Source: an uncultured archaeon (GTDB taxonomy: Archaea; Thermoplasmatota; Penumbrarchaeia; JASLWR01). Taken from it: a DNA stretch of 64,000 nt. The stretch lies in the NCBI GenBank assembly GCA_964430885.1, contig CAYSHM010000004.1, positions 1-64,000 of the forward strand, given 5' to 3'. How positions within the stretch are numbered: the stretch's first letter is position 1; the number at the start of each line of letters is the position of its first letter. The notes under the pieces were generated by a model that was not told where the DNA came from, made no database searches, and saw nothing but the letters and a program-made list of their open reading frames with translations. Positions 1 to 10,000 of this stretch are shown in pieces. A program made the translations under genes and the position numbers.

Positions 1-369
1 GATGATGATGATGATGAAGAAACTGGCCTTGAAGAAGATACTGAAAAAGATGAAGAAGGATCAGATGATCCTAAAGATAACGATGCTGATGAACTGTGGA
101 CATCCGATGGAGAAATATTGGAGAGTGAGGATTCCGAGGGGCAGGATAAAGATTTAGTCTTCGAACTTTTCGATGGTGAGGCGGAAGAAAAAACTGATTC
201 ACAAGAAGCCGATGCATCTGGAGAGGATAATAAAACTGATGATGATTCGAATATTGATCTGGAGGGCCAGGGCGACTCTGATGCCGAAGATGATGATACG
301 GCATGGGACGATGAAGAGGAAACTGCCGATCCTGAAGAATCCGACGATGATTCCATACGCTGGTCATGA
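1..369 (+). CDS. 3' end of a gene cut off by the window start; highly acidic D/E tail with Trp residues
   Basis: Frame 1 is open from base 1 (GAT GAT GAT...) to TGA at 367-369. The D/E-rich sequence ends in DDSIRWS and resembles the tails of other surface proteins in this window. Confidence 0.8.
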   Translation, partial: DDDDDEETGLEEDTEKDEEGSDDPKDNDADELWTSDGEILESEDSEGQDKDLVFELFDGEAEEKTDSQEADASGEDNKTDDDSNIDLEGQGDSDAEDDDTAWDDEEETADPEESDDDSIRWS

Positions 370-406
370 ATGTTATACTAACACTGGATTGAGGGCGGAT
401 GTGATT

Positions 407-780
407 ATGAATGGAACGGTCGTTTACAAAACAATACTCACTATCCTCTCCATTGGCGGTATATTAACATCCATTTGGCTGGTTTATAATGAAATTATGA
501 CACCAGGCTTCTGTCCAAGATTATTGCACATTCCCGCTTGTTATTTGGTCCTGATATCCTTCATACTTGTTTTAGCCGGAATTCATTTTAAAGGAAATCC
601 AACATCTAAATATTATTCCTTATTGGTAGTGGTTCAGGTTTACTGATGGCAATTTGGTTTTCATTCAATCAGATAATAGGTGAAATGAAATGCCCGACGA
701 TATTGGCTCTACCTTTTTGTTATGTTTCTTTGTTGACCTTAATTTCTCTAATCATCGTTTGGTTCCAGTCCAGTAAATAA
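407..780 (+). pseudogene. Small multi-TM membrane protein with a duplicated CP-x5-P-x-CY motif, split by a 1-nt frameshift at about 608-610
   Basis: The first half (MNGTVVY...FCPRLLHIPACY...TSK) continues in the -1 frame as ILFLIGSGSGLLMAIWFSFNQ...CPTILALPFCY...SSK-stop (780). Confidence 0.7.
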
Positions 781-872
781 AAGTTGAATGAACTATAAAA
801 CATATAAGTACTATCATTATCACCTAATAACTACAAAAAGTAGTTTTATTTCATACACATTTTTTTCTTATC

Positions 873-1661
873 ATGAAGAGAAGGATTGAAAAACATAGTT
901 TAGGCAGTGTATCACTATTCAGTTTAATACCGCTTTTTCTCGTGATCCTTATTGCAGGTCTCTTTATTATGGCAATTAAATTATGGCTTCCTCTTCATTA
1001 TGTGATCGCTTTTCTTTTTCTACTGGTAGGTCTTGTCATCCATTTCTTAAGAAACAGATCAGAAGGTGCCCCAGTACTTCTCCACAGCAGGGGGCTGGAG
1101 GTAATATTGGATGTATTTGTGATACTTTCCTATCTAGTATTTTCAGCGGAACTCCTAGTTGGATTAGGCCATTCCATTGGTGAGGTTTGGCCCATGGCAT
1201 TTACTATATTCATTGTAATAGCAGCAAGTCTCTGGTGGGCATTAGAGGTTCCAATGCCCTTTCTGATAATACTGGGAATAGCCTATCTTATTGCGAGTCC
1301 CTTCATCCATGGTCTGGACGGATATGATGTGCTTATCTTCTATGCAATGCTCATCATCCCAGGTCTTTCTCTTATTCTGTTTCATTCTCTTGCAATGAGG
1401 ATCGAAATACTGGCAGAACAGATAACCTCCTTGGTTGGACTCTTCCTTTGGATTGCCTTTCTTCTAGGTTCAGTTGGTCTTATAGGAAGTTTCATGTCGC
1501 CTATTTATCTCGGAATAGGGAACGAAAGAGCTTGGATACCATTGGTCATATCTACCGGATTGATAGTGGTTTCCTGTTTAGTTTTGATATTTATCCATCC
1601 AAAGGCTGATAGGGATTGGAATATATATATCGAGATGCAGTTGAACAAGAAAGTGAGGTGA
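873..1661 (+). CDS. Hypothetical polytopic membrane protein (about 8 TM)
   Basis: 262-aa ORF made almost entirely of hydrophobic segments; no family motif recognised. Confidence 0.75.
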   Translation: MKRRIEKHSLGSVSLFSLIPLFLVILIAGLFIMAIKLWLPLHYVIAFLFLLVGLVIHFLRNRSEGAPVLLHSRGLEVILDVFVILSYLVFSAELLVGLGHSIGEVWPMAFTIFIVIAASLWWALEVPMPFLIILGIAYLIASPFIHGLDGYDVLIFYAMLIIPGLSLILFHSLAMRIEILAEQITSLVGLFLWIAFLLGSVGLIGSFMSPIYLGIGNERAWIPLVISTGLIVVSCLVLIFIHPKADRDWNIYIEMQLNKKVR

Positions 1662-1764
1662 TTCCGCTTAAACTAGTGAATTATTTCTAAAGTTTCAATT
1701 ATCATTTTTAGAATTCATTCTCTCCATTTGTTACCCAATCTCCATACTTTTTTATTACTAAACA

Positions 1765-1779
1765 ATGTTAAAATAACAT
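1765..1779. promoter_or_regulatory. Possible operator upstream of the maltodextrin operon
   Basis: Inverted repeat ATGTTA-aaa-TAACAT in AT-rich intergenic DNA about 75 nt before malK. Confidence 0.25.
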
Positions 1780-1852
1780 AAATTAGGTAATCCCATGTTC
1801 TTTGCCTGATATTTCACGGTGCAAATGTATATGTATGTAAGGGTGTCGCAAA

Positions 1853-2992
1853 ATGGCTGAAGTAGTATTGGAACACATTTCAAAGAATTATGACGATTTC
1901 TTTGCTGTCAAGAATGCGGATTTTGTAATAGAGGACGGTAGTTTTGTAGTTCTTGTGGGTCCGTCAGGCTGTGGGAAGTCCACTACCCTTCGAATAATAG
2001 CAGGTCTTGAAACGCCGTCAGAGGGCCGGATAATAATCAATGGTCGGGACGTCACCAAGATGGAGCCCAAAGATCGCAATGTAGCAATGGTGTTCCAGAG
2101 CTATGCCCTCTATCCTCATATGAACGTCTTTGACAACATGGCCTTTGCTTTGAGGGCAGGTTCTTATACTGAGGGAAACAAGAAGAAGAAACTCTCTAAG
2201 CAGGAGATCAAGGACAGGGTCACACGTGCAGCTGAGCTCCTGGGTATTGAGGACCAACTGGGCAAGAAACCCAAACAGCTCAGCGGAGGTCAAAGACAGA
2301 GGGTTGCTGTTGGAAGGACCCTGGTCAGGCAGCCATCGGTATTTCTCATGGACGAACCATTATCCAATCTTGACGCCAAACTTAGAACCAAGATGCGTGT
2401 GGAGCTCAAGAATCTGCACCAGAAGCTTGGTGCCACAATAGTATATGTCACCCACGACCAGAAAGAGGCCATGACCCTGGCAGATAAGATAGCGGTGATA
2501 AACAAAGGCCAGATACTGCAGTATGCTTCCCCACTTGAAACCTACAATTCGCCAGCCGACTCTTTTGTAGCTTCATTCATCGGCAGTCCTTCAATGAACC
2601 TTATAGAGGGCTCATTGAAGCCTCATCCCAAGGGTTACCGGTTCAAAAGCAGGGATATATCATTTGATCTTCCTCTTCCAGTTGCCAAAGCGGTCTATAA
2701 AAGCCAACTTTCCTCGTCGGAGATAACTTATGGGATCAGACCGGGCAATATAAATGCAGCATCGGAATTCGATGAGAATATACGTTCAAATAGCAAGCAG
2801 CTCGTTGAGGCCAGGATATTTGGTATGGAAGCTTTGGGAAGCAGGGATATAGTGTTTGCCAGAAAGGGCGTTACAGAGCTTTCAGCCGAGGTGAAGGTCG
2901 GGAGCGGGCTGAATATTGGTGATAACTGTCTTCTGGACCTCTCCAGCTCCAAGGCACACATATTCAAGAAGGACGGGAGGGCAGTGTGTTGA
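1853..2992 (+). CDS. malK: Sugar ABC transporter ATP-binding subunit (MalK/UgpC type)
   Basis: Walker A GPSGCGKS, VFQSYALYPHM, LSGGQRQR signature, Walker B LMDEPLSNLDAKLR, YVTHDQ and a TOBE-like C-terminus. Confidence 0.95.
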   Translation: MAEVVLEHISKNYDDFFAVKNADFVIEDGSFVVLVGPSGCGKSTTLRIIAGLETPSEGRIIINGRDVTKMEPKDRNVAMVFQSYALYPHMNVFDNMAFALRAGSYTEGNKKKKLSKQEIKDRVTRAAELLGIEDQLGKKPKQLSGGQRQRVAVGRTLVRQPSVFLMDEPLSNLDAKLRTKMRVELKNLHQKLGATIVYVTHDQKEAMTLADKIAVINKGQILQYASPLETYNSPADSFVASFIGSPSMNLIEGSLKPHPKGYRFKSRDISFDLPLPVAKAVYKSQLSSSEITYGIRPGNINAASEFDENIRSNSKQLVEARIFGMEALGSRDIVFARKGVTELSAEVKVGSGLNIGDNCLLDLSSSKAHIFKKDGRAVC

Positions 2993-5900
2993 GTTCAAGT
3001 AAATTACAGCTTTCCGGTGTATTCGCCATTATATTTCTTTTACTAATTCCCGCTAGTATCCAGTTTATTGATGAGCATAATTCCGCCCCTGCCAGTTCAA
3101 GCATATCACTCCCTTCTAATGATAAAATATCTGATCATTATACCGCGCCCACCCGTTCCAATATTTCACTTGACGGCAGTTTCAAGGATTGGGATATTTC
3201 CCATCTCCTATGCCTAGACCCTGTTGGTGACGACAGCTATCATTTGAGCGACGGTTTCGACAATTCACGTGACCTGGCTGCTGCTTACATGACCCAGGAT
3301 GCGGAATCACTCTATTTCAGGCTGGACTATTACGACCTTGCGTTTCAGGCTGAATCAGGTAATCTAGATAGCTATGTGCTGTTGGATTTCGTATCTGGCG
3401 GAGAGGTTTGGACACCAGATTATTCCGAATGTCAGACCGATTCATGGTGGGATATCGCCATTGCCCTGTATGACAGCGGTAATTTCAAGGTCTATTATTC
3501 CGACTGGACCGAGCACGATACTCATTTTTTGGGTGCAAACTATCACAGCCAGTTCGACTGTGTTGAGTTTGGATTGGATAAGGATGCTCTCAGTGAGAAC
3601 GGCTATGGGGGTACCGGGGAGATAAGGTGCCAGTTCTTCACAACCAAGGATGGTACAAATGACGGCGCTGGCGAGATACCTGGCAAGGCAGATTTGGTTG
3701 ACACTATTCCTGACGATCGGCCATGGGAGGACGACTTCTTCTCGGGCAACGTATCAACGGAGAATCCCGGAACCCTGGGCAGTGCCAAGGTGGGTATTTT
3801 CCACCACGGCAACCAGTTCGTCAAGAATGTGGACAATTTCGTCAAGGACGAGAACGGTTTGGGATTCTGGAAAGTCCCTGAGATCCATGAGAAGTGGGAT
3901 GTACCGGTTAACCTGCATGTGTCTGGTACATTGGCCGAGGGAGCCCAGTGGTTCAAGCCTGAGTTCAACCAGTTCATGAGACAGCTTGTTGATGATGAGA
4001 TAGTTCACATGGTGGGCGGTTTCTACAACGAGTATATTCCTCAGTACATTCCCGAAGAGGTCAATCTCTGGAGCATGGAATACGCCAGGGAGATGATAGA
4101 GTACTATTACAATGATACTGATGTCCCCTTCTGCTGGGTGCCTGAGAGGGTGTTCTGGGACGGATACGAATATCTGGTGAAGGACGGAGGCTACGAGGCG
4201 GTCATGGTTGATACCGAGAACGGTTTCAGGTGGTATGCCGAGCCCCAGGGACACACTGACGAATACAAACTGTACGAAGAGGATAACGGCCTCAAGGTTC
4301 TTTTTATTAGCAATGCAGGAGGCGCCGGTGCGGGCTGGAATGTTCAGGACCAGATACATAACTCATACGACGGCGGTCTGGCAATGTCCCTCAGGGGGAT
4401 GTTCTATTCTTTGGCCTCCTCGCCTGATCAGGACCAATATGCCCTGTACATGGACGACTGGGAGAAGACATGCGGCAATATACCTCTCTGGGGCGGCGCC
4501 GGTGTTGTGGATGCATACGAGAATTCCATAGCCTGGATGTCGGTACATCCCTGGGTTCAGGTTGTGCCTATGGAGGAGCTTTTAGATCTGCCAATTCAGG
4601 GCGAAGTGGATATTGACGACTGTACATATTTCTGGCTCAGCGGAAAGACCGGGAGCCTTAATAACAAGGATAATGCAGGTAATCTCTACGATGCCTGGTA
4701 CTATGATCCTCTTGAGGAGATATCCCATGTTTCCTATGAGGATTATGTTCCCTATGACTGCCAGATGAGCATGGGGGATTACAATACACCCAATACAATT
4801 ATTGGTGATACCTGGGACCTGGTGCATCAGATTCCATCCGACAGCCCCTTTTACAATCTGGCATTCAAGACCTTCTCCAATGGTCTTTATGAGACCGCAT
4901 GGTTCGAGGGGGAATGGCCGGATATTTATATTCCATACTGGCAGAAGGAGCAGGCGGCTCATATCCGCTGTGCTGCTCTCTATTACTACGCACATGAATG
5001 GTTCGAGTCCTCAGGTACGGACCGTATAACCGCACGATCACTGGATCTGGATATGGATGGAGGGGAGGAATATATTTTATCCAACGAAGATGTGTTCTGC
5101 GTTTTCGAGAAGAGGGGCGGCAAGCTCATAGCAGCCCTGGACAGCCATGGTGACCAGATTGTAGGCAATCAGCCTACAGGCTGGCTTACCGAAGGTGATT
5201 ATATTACCGATGCTATAACATCCACCACCACAAATACTCATTTCAGCGGGGAATACCTGGGGATGGCCGAGAGCCCCGGAGCCCAGTATCTCAGAGGTTC
5301 CAAGACCTTTGCCTTCAGCGATATGGGTAATGAGAACGACATTTACCAGGCCAATCTGGATAGCAATTCCAAGAGTCTGACATTTCAGTATGGTGACATC
5401 ACAAAAACATACACACTCAGCGGAAAAAGATTGAGGGCTGATTATTCAATATCCGGCCGGGTTAGGGCTGGAGGTCACGGCATACGTTTCTCATTCTCCC
5501 CCGATCTGGATATGCTCCTTGAGGAAGGGCCCGGTGAAGTGGAGCTGGTAACGGGAGATCAGGATGAACTGTGGGGCTGGCAGCTGAATGATGTTGTGGG
5601 AGCAGTGGAATTGAACAGCGATCTTGAATATTCAAATCATGATTCCAATGTGGCCAACTACTATGTTGAGCTCAATGCACTTTCCGATAATTTTCACGCT
5701 GATGTTCATTTGGGACGTCTGGACTCCCATCCCCCGGTGAACACACCTCCCAGAGCCATACTTATATCACCGCTTTCCGGTTCAAATATCACAGATGATA
5801 CTCCGCTGCTCTCATGGGAAGGCCAGGACAGCGAGGGTGACGATATATACTACAAGGTGCTCTTGGATGGGTCCGGCCAGCCTTCAGCAGAACTCCTTTC

Positions 5901-6987
5901 CAATACTTCCGATACGAGTTATTCGGTATCCCCGGGAACGTTAGAACTCAACACCACATATTACTGGACAGTGATACCTTACGATCATGGGGCATCTGGG
6001 ACATGTGTCAGCGGTATATGGAGCTTCACTTTGGTGAATGATGATTCACCTGCTGTGATGAGCGGGAAACCGCGGATACAGATAATGGAACCCGAATTGA
6101 ACGTTAGCCATGATCCGCTTTTGGGCATTCCGGTTAGAGATGTGATCACAATTTCCGGCAGGGCATTCCAGGGCGATAATGCCACGGCTGTTGAGTCAGT
6201 GGAAATCAGTATTGGCTCGCAGGTCAACTGGACAGATGTGGATGATCTTACTGATGCCGGCCAGGGTGTTTGGCAATGGCAGCATGATGTGAATACCCTT
6301 TCTCTGTCCGACGGAAGCGTAGATATAGCTTTCAGGGCCTACGACGGTCGGAACTACTCCGACCTTGACAGCATCAGGCTTCTCATAAACAATACTTCTC
6401 CAGGGCCGGAGGAGGATGACGACACAGGTGATGACGATACCGGTGACGATGATACTGGAGATGATGATGATGATGACACTGGTGACGATGACGACAATAC
6501 AGGGCTTCCGAAATCATTGGATATGGGGCCTTTTTTGACTTCTGACGGCAAACCCATACCCGGTGCGGTTGTTGAGCTGGATCCCCAGGACAGCGGAGGA
6601 AGAAAGACGAGGGCCGGTAATGCAGCACTCACAGCTGTGACGGATGTTTCCGGAACCGCAGTTTTCACCCCTCATCCAGCTCCGGGAAATTACCGATGTA
6701 TAGTAAAGAAGAATCTACGAACTGTGATCTCATCCTTTGATGTAGTAATTGGAAGCGACGGGAGTGTTCTCTATAATGGTACATCTCATCCGCCTTCATC
6801 AGTATACACCCTTGAGGAGATAGAGTCTCTTGGCAATGTCAATAGCGGTAATAGTGATGATGACAATAAGGGAAAGATTTGTCTCAATGTGCTTCTGATG
6901 TTCGTGCTCCCAATGCTGGTAATAGTGATAGCTGGAATACTGATAGAGATCATGGTCAAGCGTCTGAAAGTAAAGAAGAAAAAATAA
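2986..6987 (+). CDS. Secreted, C-terminally membrane-anchored GH57-family glycoside hydrolase (4-alpha-glucanotransferase/amylase-like) with DOMON-like, Fn3/Ig domains and a GDDD linker
   Basis: Signal peptide; GH57-like regions FHHGNQ, NLHVSGTL, WVPERV (nucleophile-type Glu), MDDWEK; DLDMDGGEEY...EKRGGKL resembles the glucanotransferase C-domain; TM plus KKKK. GTG start after GGAGG overlaps the malK stop. Confidence 0.8.
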   Translation: MLSSSKLQLSGVFAIIFLLLIPASIQFIDEHNSAPASSSISLPSNDKISDHYTAPTRSNISLDGSFKDWDISHLLCLDPVGDDSYHLSDGFDNSRDLAAAYMTQDAESLYFRLDYYDLAFQAESGNLDSYVLLDFVSGGEVWTPDYSECQTDSWWDIAIALYDSGNFKVYYSDWTEHDTHFLGANYHSQFDCVEFGLDKDALSENGYGGTGEIRCQFFTTKDGTNDGAGEIPGKADLVDTIPDDRPWEDDFFSGNVSTENPGTLGSAKVGIFHHGNQFVKNVDNFVKDENGLGFWKVPEIHEKWDVPVNLHVSGTLAEGAQWFKPEFNQFMRQLVDDEIVHMVGGFYNEYIPQYIPEEVNLWSMEYAREMIEYYYNDTDVPFCWVPERVFWDGYEYLVKDGGYEAVMVDTENGFRWYAEPQGHTDEYKLYEEDNGLKVLFISNAGGAGAGWNVQDQIHNSYDGGLAMSLRGMFYSLASSPDQDQYALYMDDWEKTCGNIPLWGGAGVVDAYENSIAWMSVHPWVQVVPMEELLDLPIQGEVDIDDCTYFWLSGKTGSLNNKDNAGNLYDAWYYDPLEEISHVSYEDYVPYDCQMSMGDYNTPNTIIGDTWDLVHQIPSDSPFYNLAFKTFSNGLYETAWFEGEWPDIYIPYWQKEQAAHIRCAALYYYAHEWFESSGTDRITARSLDLDMDGGEEYILSNEDVFCVFEKRGGKLIAALDSHGDQIVGNQPTGWLTEGDYITDAITSTTTNTHFSGEYLGMAESPGAQYLRGSKTFAFSDMGNENDIYQANLDSNSKSLTFQYGDITKTYTLSGKRLRADYSISGRVRAGGHGIRFSFSPDLDMLLEEGPGEVELVTGDQDELWGWQLNDVVGAVELNSDLEYSNHDSNVANYYVELNALSDNFHADVHLGRLDSHPPVNTPPRAILISPLSGSNITDDTPLLSWEGQDSEGDDIYYKVLLDGSGQPSAELLSNTSDTSYSVSPGTLELNTTYYWTVIPYDHGASGTCVSGIWSFTLVNDDSPAVMSGKPRIQIMEPELNVSHDPLLGIPVRDVITISGRAFQGDNATAVESVEISIGSQVNWTDVDDLTDAGQGVWQWQHDVNTLSLSDGSVDIAFRAYDGRNYSDLDSIRLLINNTSPGPEEDDDTGDDDTGDDDTGDDDDDDTGDDDDNTGLPKSLDMGPFLTSDGKPIPGAVVELDPQDSGGRKTRAGNAALTAVTDVSGTAVFTPHPAPGNYRCIVKKNLRTVISSFDVVIGSDGSVLYNGTSHPPSSVYTLEEIESLGNVNSGNSDDDNKGKICLNVLLMFVLPMLVIVIAGILIEIMVKRLKVKKKK
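6412..6498 (+). repeat. GDDDT low-complexity coding repeat (linker)
   Basis: Encodes EDDDTGDDDTGDDDTGDDDDDDTGDDDDN. Confidence 0.9.
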
Positions 6988-7070
6988 AATTCAGCAGTGA
7001 TAATTGACATTACAAGATCAAACATGACATTACATGGTACGATGTGATATAACATTTCAAGTTCAGGAAG

Positions 7071-10000
7071 TTGATATGTATGAATAGGAAATTCAGTTTT
7101 AATAGTAATTCGAGATGCGTTAAAGGTATAGTACTGATGCTTTTACTGCTTCTGCCTGCCTTTGCCTTTTTAGGGTCAATGGATGTAGGGGGAACCACCC
7201 ACAATACAATAAGCGTCGACGGTGCTCTGGGAGATTGGCATACCGACGAGAAGATGGGTGTGGATGCTAGCAAATCCTTCTATTTCACTTGGGATGCAGA
7301 CAATCTCTACTTCGGCTGGGATGGTACCAACTGGGCCCTGGAGGGTGATCTCTTCATTTATATCAACACTACAATGGACGGGAGCTATTCTTCGGTTGAT
7401 TGGTCAGGACCCCATACGCTTCCATTCAAGGGCGATTACGTATTCTGCATGGAGGGTTCGGATTATTTTGATCTGAGACATTTCAGTGTTGACAGCTGGC
7501 AGACGGTCAAGGACCATACCGGATTTGCTGCAAATACGGTCTATATAGGATGGGCCGAAAATCCGGTCACCGAGATAACCATTCCTCTGTCCGACCTTGG
7601 AAACCCCAGTTCTGTTGATCTTGTTGCCTTTGCCCAGTGGGAGGATGCCAACAATATATGGGCCTCATTTCCAACTGACAACCCTGCTTCAGGAGAGGGA
7701 AGCGAGATATTATCTTATTACTACAAGGCCCCGACTCTGGGGTCCGGCACTGCACCCAATACACTTGAGGTAGGCTTCAGGATGGGCGGTATAGAGCCCC
7801 GCGAGGACGCTATCAATCTTGCCATAGTATGGCATCAGCACCAGCCCTATTACAAGAACGTGCTTACAGGGAAATATGAGATGCCCTGGGTAAGGGTTCA
7901 CACAAGCCAGGAGTACCTGGATTCACCAAAGATACTTCTTGAGCATCCGGGGGTAAAGGTTACTTTCAATATTGTTCCCTCTCTCATTCAGCAGATAGTG
8001 GATTACACTGACAACGGAGTGCTGGACAGGAATACCGCCTGGCTGGACAAGGGTGTGGAGAACCTCACAGAGATGGAGAAGCACACCATGCAGTTCGAGT
8101 TCTTCTGGGTTCCCAGCTGGCAGTACAGCATGAACAATGAGGCTTCCAGGTATTACCATTACCTCTACAACAAGACCATGCACAATCTTACACCTGAGAC
8201 CATAATGATGGATACCCTTCTTCCAATGGACGAGCTCTTCGATCTTGCCGTTGTTTATCATCTGTTCCAGCTCAGTCCCTGGTATGTGCAGGGATTCTAT
8301 GAAGAATCGGAGAGGGATGAAAGAATAATGGCCCTCTATGACCAGTACGGAGGTTATACACAGGCCGATCTGGATTACATACTAGATAAACAGTTGAATA
8401 TGATGGACGAGGTGCTGGATGTGTATGCCGAGGCCCAGAACAGGGGACAGGCGGAGCTGATAACTTCACCCTATTCTCACCCTATACTTCCTCTCCTTAT
8501 GATGCCTGGCTGGAACAACGAGCAGGGCCGTTTCATATACAAGGAGAGCTGGTATGACGACGTTGTGAATCATCTTGATATGGCCAAGGATATTTTTCAG
8601 GAGCATTTCGGACAGTTTCCCAAGGGTATGTGGCCTTCTGAACAGTCCGTATCCCAGGCTGTGATAGAACCCATAGCCGACTCGGGTATTGATTGGATGA
8701 TCACTGACGAGATGGTCCTGGACGCCAGCGGTTTTGACGCCGAGAGCAATGATGTGCTCTGCAAACCTTATCTGGTGGAATCCAACGGGAAACAGCTAAA
8801 TGTGATATTCAGGGACAGGGTAATATCCGATAGGATCGCCTGGCAGTATGGTAAGTTGAGCGCTAAAGAGGCGGTCGATGATTTCATGGACTATGTGTGG
8901 GATGTTAGGGAATCCCTCTCGGACCCTGCCGACTCGCTGCTCACAGTGGCCTTGGACGGCGAGAACTGGATGTTCATGTCCTTTGTGGAGAGGGACAACG
9001 GCAGGCTGTTCATGGATGAGCTATACTCAAGGCTGGAAAATACTGACTGGATAAGAACAACAGGCGTGAAGGATTATATTGCCCAGCATCCTCCCGACCC
9101 TGCAAGCGAGAAGATAGATGTTCTTGCCAAGGACTGTCCCAACGGAGCTGGATCCTGGATAGACGGAACAATGAGCACCTGGAGCGGCGAGGAGGAGGAG
9201 AGCCTTGCATGGGAGCGCCTCATTGCTGCAAGGGATGCAGTCATCAAGAAGGAGCAGGAGGATCCGGATTTCGAGGGCCTGGATTCAGCCTGGAAGAGCA
9301 TATATGCGGCAGAGGGAAGCGATTGGTTCTGGTGGTACGGTCTCGATCAGGACAGCGGTTACGATGAGCTCTGGGATGAGCTTTTCAAGACCCATCTCAT
9401 GAATGTCTATACGGCTCTGGACGAGCCTTTCCCCCCTTATCTCAAGAACCTCTGGCTGCCTCCTCAGGAGCCTGACAAGGACGCCACCGAGGTTATTGAC
9501 CCGGGCATTGACGGATATGTGATACCTGGTGAGTGGGATGGTGGTTATCTTTACGTTGACGATGACGAAATGAGGGGCAGGTCTGCTCTTGAACCTGAAT
9601 GGGATATTGACCAGGTACACGTAGGTTACAGCTCCAGGGAGGTCTTCGTCAGGGTTGATATGAAGGCATCGGATGTTGAATACATGTGGAAGAATCCCGA
9701 TGTTGATCTATCCCTGTATGTGGGTGCGCCCAACGCCCGTGATATGAATATTTATTCCACCAATTATCTGACCAAATACAGCGGTGAGGCCCTGAACTAT
9801 CCGTGTGTCTACAGGGTGAAGCTAATCAATGACGAGGTTCTGTCATCGGGAAGGTCCCAGTATGGTGTTTACCAGGCTGACGGAAAGGAGAATTGGATAT
9901 ACAAGCTGGACAAGAAGGGCGATACCGTTGCCATGAACGATGTGGTGGAATGGGCAATACCCTTCAAGACCTTGGGGATAGCTGCAGGGGACGAGTTCAG

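Noticed and set aside
173-406. N-terminal part of ORF 173..646 and the many short antisense or overlapping ORFs in the track
   Set aside because: These are shadow frames of real genes (e.g. Met-rich or Ser-rich translations of Asp repeats) with no RBS or motif support.
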